Assembly: GCA_040437565.1 (NCBI GenBank)
Contig: JBDOQK010000001.1
Coordinates: forward strand, 62,001-126,000
Source of the DNA: Albugo candida
Taxonomy: Eukaryota
Length of the DNA stretch: 64,000 nt
Reading direction: 5' to 3'
A program made the translations under genes and the position numbers. Shown piece by piece: positions 59,596-64,000 of this stretch. Within the stretch, counting starts at the first letter, position 1. Every line of letters begins with the position of its first letter. A model generated the notes under the pieces. It was not told the origin of the DNA. It worked only from the letters and a program-made list of their open reading frames with translations, and made no database searches.

Positions 59596-60597
59596 AAGCG
59601 CGCCTAATGTATGTGACACACTCACGATATTCTTTACGTCTCGCACCCTTTTTGTATGTTTGCGCATTTGTTCTCCTCGCAGTTTAGAATTAGAATTCTG
59701 ATTCTAAATTTATTTCCTCAAAAATATCCTTATAAAACACAATCACTCCTGAGAGCTGAAAGAAAGAAATTATTGCCCTATTCTTATACGTGGATAGCTA
59801 CAAACCTACCCTCAGAATATTAAGTCTATGGTCCGCTACGTCCTCAATACAAATTCTATGATGCTATATTTGACAGGATATGCTTTCCATACAAACGTCT
59901 TCCCTTGCAATAAATTGGCTAGCCGTTTCTCTCCGGTAGCACCTTCCCAGACGAAAGAACTTTGTTCAACCCGGATATTCATTTCTCAATTAGACAAAAA
60001 ACAAGCATTTCTGAGAAGTAAATTTGAATCACCATGCAGATTTTTGTGAAAACGCTTACTGGAAAGACCATCACTTTGGAAGTTGAGTCTTCAGACACGA
60101 TCGATAATGTNNNNNNNNNNNNNNNNNNNNNNNNNNNNNNNNNNNNNNNNNNNNNNNNNNNNNNNNNNNNNNNNNNNNNNNNNNNNNNNNNNNNNNNNNN
60201 NNNNNNNNNNTCGCACCCTTTTTGTATGTTTGCGCATTTGTTCTCCTCGCAGTTTAGAATTAGAATTCTGATTCTAGATTTATTTCCTCAAAAATATCCT
60301 TATAAAACACAATCACTCCTGAGAGCTGAAAGAAAGAAATTATTGCCCTATTCTTATACGTGGATAGCTACAAACCTACCCTCAGAATATTAAGTCTATG
60401 GTCCGCTACGTCCTCAATACAAATTCTATGATGCTATATTTGACAGGATATGCTTTCCATACAAACGTCTTCCCTTGCAATAAATTGGCTAGCCGTTTCT
60501 CTCCGGTAGCACCTTCCCAGACGAAAGAACTTTGTTCAACCCGGATATTCATTTCTCAATTAGACAAAAAACAAGCATTTCTGAGAAGTAAATTTGA

Positions 60598-61790
<1,193 letters not shown>

Positions 61791-61992
61791 AATAGCGTTC
61801 ACTAACAGATAATTCACTTGCATTTTTAAATGTGTGCGCTGAATGTCAAACAATAAACTACAACTCGCGTTGCAACATCTAAAAAAACGAATTATGAAAG
61901 ATGGACGGTTTCGCCAACGAATGTAGCGCGTTCTTCCGCAGCGTTTGAGCATGCGTGTGCAAAACTGATAAAGACACCTTCGTTCAAACTAG

Positions 61993-63220
61993 ATGGGAAG
62001 AAACGTCTCCGCTCTTGTAACTCTTGTACATCGAATAAATGTTACGTCGTCAGACTCGCACTTATTGAAACAGGAGAAAGGAGAAGATAAGCATTCTCAT
62101 CATTCCAAGAAATGTTATCCAGAGCTACGCAGTACCCCTCCGAAACATTCTCGCACTCGTAGAGATTTGTCTGACAGAAATCGTTCACATTACAAGACAT
62201 TCCGAGAGTATTTGCCACCAACTGATCGAGGCACTATATCTCCTGCTCAGTTAAGACTTTTGAGAGCGACACTTGCTCCCGAGCTTCCGAAAAATATATC
62301 ACAAAGTACGGACAGAACAAATGAGTTAGCTTGCCCCCGAAACGACCCAGCACGTACTGGACAGCATGATTTCGCTTCTTTCGATGACATGAAAAATTGT
62401 CGATTTAGACCCAGCCTTCGAGGAAGAAAGCATGTGGAAGCTGATGAAGAGGATGGTACGGATGCCAACCGCATCACAGCATTTATAAGGCGAATGGAAG
62501 GATCAGAAAAAGTGCGTCGAGAACACATCGATCGGATGCGCGCGGAAAAGGCTTATTGTTCTCAGATCGATAAAAAGGTTCGAAGTTGCTTTATAAGTTT
62601 TTACCAATCGCGAAATTGATCATGTTGTTAGGAGTGTCCCAAGTGTGGAAACCCTCAGTCGTATGCAGAGGTTAAGCAAAAACGCAACAAGTGTCCCAAT
62701 TGTAATGAAACATATCGAGCGCGGATAGTTTGGGTTCGTGAAAAGCTACATCTCGCACACAAATGCACGCTTAAAACTGTTGCTATACAGGATGATATCG
62801 CTTCCTCTTTTTTGAAAAAACTTGATGCAGAGTCGTCATCCAAGGCTGAAAGGAAACAGGACAAGGAGTTGTGTCTCAACCAAACGCCCCGCTCTAGAAA
62901 ATGGCACGAAGTAGAAGACGAGTTTCTGGGTCGCGTATACCTCGATATGGCTCGTCGACAATCAGATCACTCAGCTCTCTTACGGGAATCACAGAAACAG
63001 TGCACTTTTCATCCAGTCATCTGCAAAGGATCCCAAAAGGTACATTAGAATTCTCTGTACGAAAGCGCATGTCCATATCTCTATGACGGTTCAGGCCAAA
63101 GTCGATAGCTTCCAAGCTAAAGCGGCACGTGATTTGCAAACTCAAAAGCACAAATTTCGCAAAGACGCGCGCAAAAAAGGGAAAGACAGTACAGCACAAC
63201 TACAGTGCTTTCTTCATTAG
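61993..63220 (+). CDS. Hypothetical multi-exon protein with a Zn-ribbon-like CxxC...CxxC; 3' end approximate
   Basis: Long first exon, then a GT-AG intron (~62578-62631), then ECPKCGNPQSYAEVKQKRNKCPNC. CRFRP and CTFHP motifs recur. Confidence 0.6.
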
Positions 63221-63371
63221 AAGGACCACCCCCTAATACAAGGCTGCGGCTACAACACACAAAATGAGCGGAAACAATATTTCGCCTTCAGTCATTTCGG
63301 TAGTCATAAAAATGTCCATTCAAATGACTCTGACGATATCTGTTTCATAGAAAACAAAACTCCGCTCACCA

Positions 63372-64000
63372 ATGAAATATCTCGGTATATTTTTGGTGAT
63401 TCTTCTTGCAAGTCAGACGACTTTCTGTGCGGGAAAGAAAGACTACTACGAAGTACTCGGAGTGTCTCGCGATGCCTCAAAAGCTCAAATCAAAAGCGCA
63501 TTCCGCAAGCTATCCCTCAAGGTCGTATCTGCATCTTCGTAATAAAAATTACGTTCATAAATAATTTATTCTTTGCAGCACCATCCTGACAAAAACCCAG
63601 GCGTCAAGGATGCTCAAGTGAAATTCGCAGAAGTTGCTAGTGGTGTGCAATGTCGAACCTCTCATTCTTGTTGACCTGTTACAAATCATACTCCTTTGTA
63701 GCTTATGATGTTTTATCGGACGAGAAACGAAAAGCGCAATACGATCAGTTTGGCGAAGAAGGGCTTCGAGAGGACCAGGATCAAGGGGGTCATGATCCGT
63801 TCGACATATTTTCACAATTTTTCGGCGGAGGACGAAGGAAGCGTAGTGATGAGCCTTCGCGTGGTCCTGACACCGTCATTCCTCTCCGAGTTTCACTCAG
63901 AGACATTTACATTGGCAAAACTCTACAAATTTCTTTTCGACGTGAAACACTTTGCAACCATTGTCACGGAACAGGAGCTGCTCACGAGGAAGACGTACAT
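63372..64000 (+). CDS. ER-type DnaJ/Hsp40 (ERdj3/DNAJB11-like); partial, runs off the window
   Basis: Signal peptide MKYLGIFLVILLASQTTFCA; J domain DYYEVLGV...HHPDKNPG...AYDVLSDEKRKAQYDQFGEEG; DIFSQFFGG; first CNHCHGTG zinc repeat. Confidence 0.92.

Noticed and set aside
59641..60110. Apparent second polyubiquitin promoter and start
   Set aside because: It is a near-identical duplicate of 60211-60680 across a 100-N gap, so an assembly overlap.

Overview
This is eukaryotic, intron-containing DNA of oomycete type. The gene set (SKN1/KRE6 GH16, double-length TyrRS), INR/FPR-like promoter motif and short introns suggest a compact oomycete genome, possibly Albugo; this is inference, not proven. 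It is a draft scaffold with 19 placeholder gaps of about 100 N, many flanked by duplicated overlaps that are assembly artefacts or split haplotypes. The first ~35 kb is gene-sparse. It holds decayed L1/Tx1-like LINEs, a decayed Ty1/copia element, a U6 snRNA copy joined to tRNA-derived fragments, NDC80, orphan secreted-protein candidates and a secreted nucleoside-hydrolase-like protein lacking catalytic residues. From ~35 kb to the end it is gene-dense: SF3A3/PRP9, SKN1/KRE6, AP-2 sigma, double-length TyrRS, a CAMK-group kinase, SPO11, two PH-domain paralogues, a SAYSvFN protein, two paralogous secreted proteins with a C-terminal 4-Cys module (one with a 45-bp tandem repeat), an RMDN-like TPR protein, a PX-like protein, polyubiquitin and an ER-type DnaJ. 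The most interesting leads are a LINE sitting head-to-head ~55 bp upstream of U6 (possible Pol III-gene targeting), a U6/tRNA-Leu-CCA chimera, the secreted pseudo-nucleoside hydrolase, and the 4-Cys secreted family.
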